Assembly (NCBI GenBank): GCA_964448445.1
Contig: CAYVAU010000001.1
Span: forward strand, 1 to 63,758
DNA length: 63,758 nt
Direction: 5' to 3'
Origin: an uncultured Thermodesulfobacteriota bacterium
Lineage (GTDB): Bacteria > Desulfobacterota > B13-G15
In this document: positions 62,316 through 63,758 of the stretch, piece by piece
Numbering within the stretch: the stretch's first letter is position 1
Layout of the letters: every line of letters begins with the position of its first letter
The notes under the pieces: model-generated
Database searches by the model: none
What the model saw: the letters and a program-made list of their open reading frames with translations, nothing else
Told to the model about the DNA's origin: nothing
Position numbers and translations under genes: made by a program

Positions 62316-63363
62316 CTCCGACCTCCTTTTCCAAAAGCAGCACCTTAAAGGCGGTCCCCATGGTTTGGGGCAAAATAAACCATTTGGCCTGAAGCCTCTC
62401 CCTCAGCCTCTCCTCAGACTGCAGTCCCTCCAGGATCCCCGTCTCAAGGAGAAACCTCCCCTGGGTGGTGAACTCGAGGATTCGAAAGCCCACCTCCCGG
62501 GCCTTTTTGATGACGGCAGAAAAGTTCACATGGGCGGTTATGTCCCTCTGACCCGGTTCATCTAGGATTTCCTTCAAAGCCCTATGCCCTTTGTAAGAGA
62601 GGAGGGTTCCCCAGGGAAAGTCCCCCGAGAAGAGCTCTTCGGCCATAAGCCCATAATCGATGAGCAAGAGGTACCCCCTTTGGAGCTTCTTGTGAGCTTC
62701 CTCGATGAATCGCAGCGCGGAGAGTCCCACCTCGGCATAGGATCCCTCAGGGGGAAAGAGGCCGAGCCAGCGGAAGTAACCCAAAATCCCTTCCCCTGCC
62801 GGTGTCAGGACCTCCGAGAACCTTCCCTCCCGAAAATCCACCAAGACCTCCCAAAGTTTCCCCCCTTGGACCTTGACCCTGTGGACGGGCAGGGCATCGA
62901 GCAGTTCATTGCAGAGGATTATTCCCCTTATTCCCTCCACCTCCTCCCAGCCCTTGAAGCTTACCTTCGGGGTGAACTCCCCTAGTAGTTCCCTTTGTTT
63001 CTGAAGCAAGTGAGGATTGAGTTCTATGGAAATGTAGCTCAGCCGCCCGTATACCTCCGGTGATCTTTCCCTTAAGTACTGCAAAATGTCCCGGCAGAGG
63101 TATCCTTCGCCGCTTCCCACCTCAACGAGCTCAAAGGACCCCGGTATGGAACCGCTCAGGGAAACGATCTTCTTGGCGAGGGTTTGGCCGAAAAGGGGGC
63201 TTATGGTCGGGGCAGTGAGATAATCCCCTCCCTTTCCCCTTGGGATTCGGGGTTTCATGTAATAGCCGAACTCGGGATGGTACAGACAGAGCTCCATGAA
63301 CCGGCAGAAGCTGATGGGTCCCTTTCGCCGTATCTCCTCTGCGATGAGCTCCCTAAGCATCAA
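62218..63363 (-). CDS. class I SAM-dependent methyltransferase of the NDUFAF7/MidA (DUF185) family
   Basis: ISFCRFMELCLYHPEFGYY, GDYLTAPTISPLFG, LVEVGSGEG, and NELLDALPV. The likely start is ATG 63360. The C-terminal tail overlaps the next gene by 98 nt. Confidence 0.8.
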   Translation of the reverse strand: MMLRELIAEEIRRKGPISFCRFMELCLYHPEFGYYMKPRIPRGKGGDYLTAPTISPLFGQTLAKKIVSLSGSIPGSFELVEVGSGEGYLCRDILQYLRERSPEVYGRLSYISIELNPHLLQKQRELLGEFTPKVSFKGWEEVEGIRGIILCNELLDALPVHRVKVQGGKLWEVLVDFREGRFSEVLTPAGEGILGYFRWLGLFPPEGSYAEVGLSALRFIEEAHKKLQRGYLLLIDYGLMAEELFSGDFPWGTLLSYKGHRALKEILDEPGQRDITAHVNFSAVIKKAREVGFRILEFTTQGRFLLETGILEGLQSEERLRERLQAKWFILPQTMGTAFKVLLLEKEVGDGSPHPLRPSESLAEAEGKGPRGDIQEGPDRV

Positions 63364-63724
63364 GCGGTTCGACCCGTATCTTCCTTTGCCCCCTTGCAGC
63401 CCTTAAGGCCTCTGCACCCTTGAGCCTCCCCACCAGGTTCACCTCGCTTGCCGGGACCGGATCCCCGCTCCTGCTCAGGGGGGTAGGGCCGAAGAATATG
63501 GCCAAGGCATGCCCCGGTGGCCAGTAGCCGAGGTCGCCCACCTTGACTTCCTTCGTGGCGGTCTCATCGAGGGGCCACCGAAGGGGTATCTCGAAGTAAA
63601 ATTCGTCGCCCCACTCCTTCGCCTCCGCCTCCAAGGGGAGAAGTTTGAAGATCTCCCTGGCGCAAGGGGTGTCGAAGAGTTCGCCCTCAAGGACGATATC
63701 TCCCACTGTCACCTTTATCCTCAT
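63353..63724 (-). CDS. cyclophilin-like fold protein (small, function unknown)
   Basis: MRIKVTVGD..LEGELFDTPCAREI...GDLGYWPPGHALAIFFGPTP matches the family pattern. GGAGGGGAG ribosome-binding site upstream. Confidence 0.7.
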   Translation of the reverse strand: MRIKVTVGDIVLEGELFDTPCAREIFKLLPLEAEAKEWGDEFYFEIPLRWPLDETATKEVKVGDLGYWPPGHALAIFFGPTPLSRSGDPVPASEVNLVGRLKGAEALRAARGQRKIRVEPLDA

Positions 63725-63740
63725 CTTCTCCCCTCCAACG

Positions 63741-63758
63741 ACCTCAGGATCCTGAGGT
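63741..63758. repeat. perfect 18-bp palindrome ACCTCAGGATCCTGAGGT at the window edge
   Basis: Self-complementary as read. It lies 16 nt upstream of the start codon of the 63353..63724 minus-strand gene. Confidence 0.5.

Noticed and set aside
63358-63380. GGTTCGACCCG, a tRNA T-loop-like string. A similar GAGTTCGAACTCC occurs near 58681.
   Set aside because: The flanking bases cannot form a T-stem or acceptor stem, and both lie within well-supported coding regions. No tRNA genes were found in the window.

Overview
This is a 63.8-kb, very gene-dense bacterial chromosome segment with about 65 protein genes and almost no intergenic DNA; many neighbouring genes overlap by 4-139 nt. The proteins are rich in E/K/R/L/G/V. 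The window also encodes a four-subunit 2-oxoacid:ferredoxin oxidoreductase, three radical SAM enzymes, an HgdC/BcrAD-type activase fusion, and LapA-, NlpD-, LpoA- and PpiD-like envelope proteins. Together these suggest a thermophilic, anaerobic, diderm bacterium, but the lineage cannot be assigned without a database search.

The content is mostly core housekeeping:
- Translation, cofactor and nucleotide genes: an EF-G paralogue, birA-coaX, hpt, nfi, nadD-proA, glmU-glmS, uvrD/pcrA, galE, a dGTPase-like HD protein and purB.
- A mutS-pcm-(TIGR00725)-nlpD-rpoS-like block.
- Envelope and DNA genes: an NfeD-stomatin pair, mltG-ruvX, ppiD, a CDF transporter, recR-ybaB, mreBCD-mrdA-rodA and ssb.
- porGDAB.

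I found no rRNA, tRNA, CRISPR array, transposase/integrase, prophage or obvious defence island.

Nothing here looks like a clearly new multi-gene system. The most unusual items are:
1. A translationally coupled PAS-GGDEF / amidohydrolase / radical SAM / MBL-hydrolase operon. Its AmmeMemoRadiSam-type radical SAM enzyme carries a textbook twin-arginine export signal, and a signal-less paralogue sits at the left window edge.
2. A ~1400-aa fusion of two HgdC-type ATPase modules with a dehydratase-like module, a candidate PlsA/PlsR- or Ger-type ether-lipid reductase.
3. A sequence-forced 139-nt dual-coding overlap between nlpD and the RpoS-like sigma gene.
4. A 47-codon relic of a fumarylacetoacetate-hydrolase gene wedged between two genes.
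5. A half-size MFS gene.
6. A radical SAM protein with CX4CX2C spacing.

All functional calls come from my own motif and family recognition on the translated ORFs; no searches were run.
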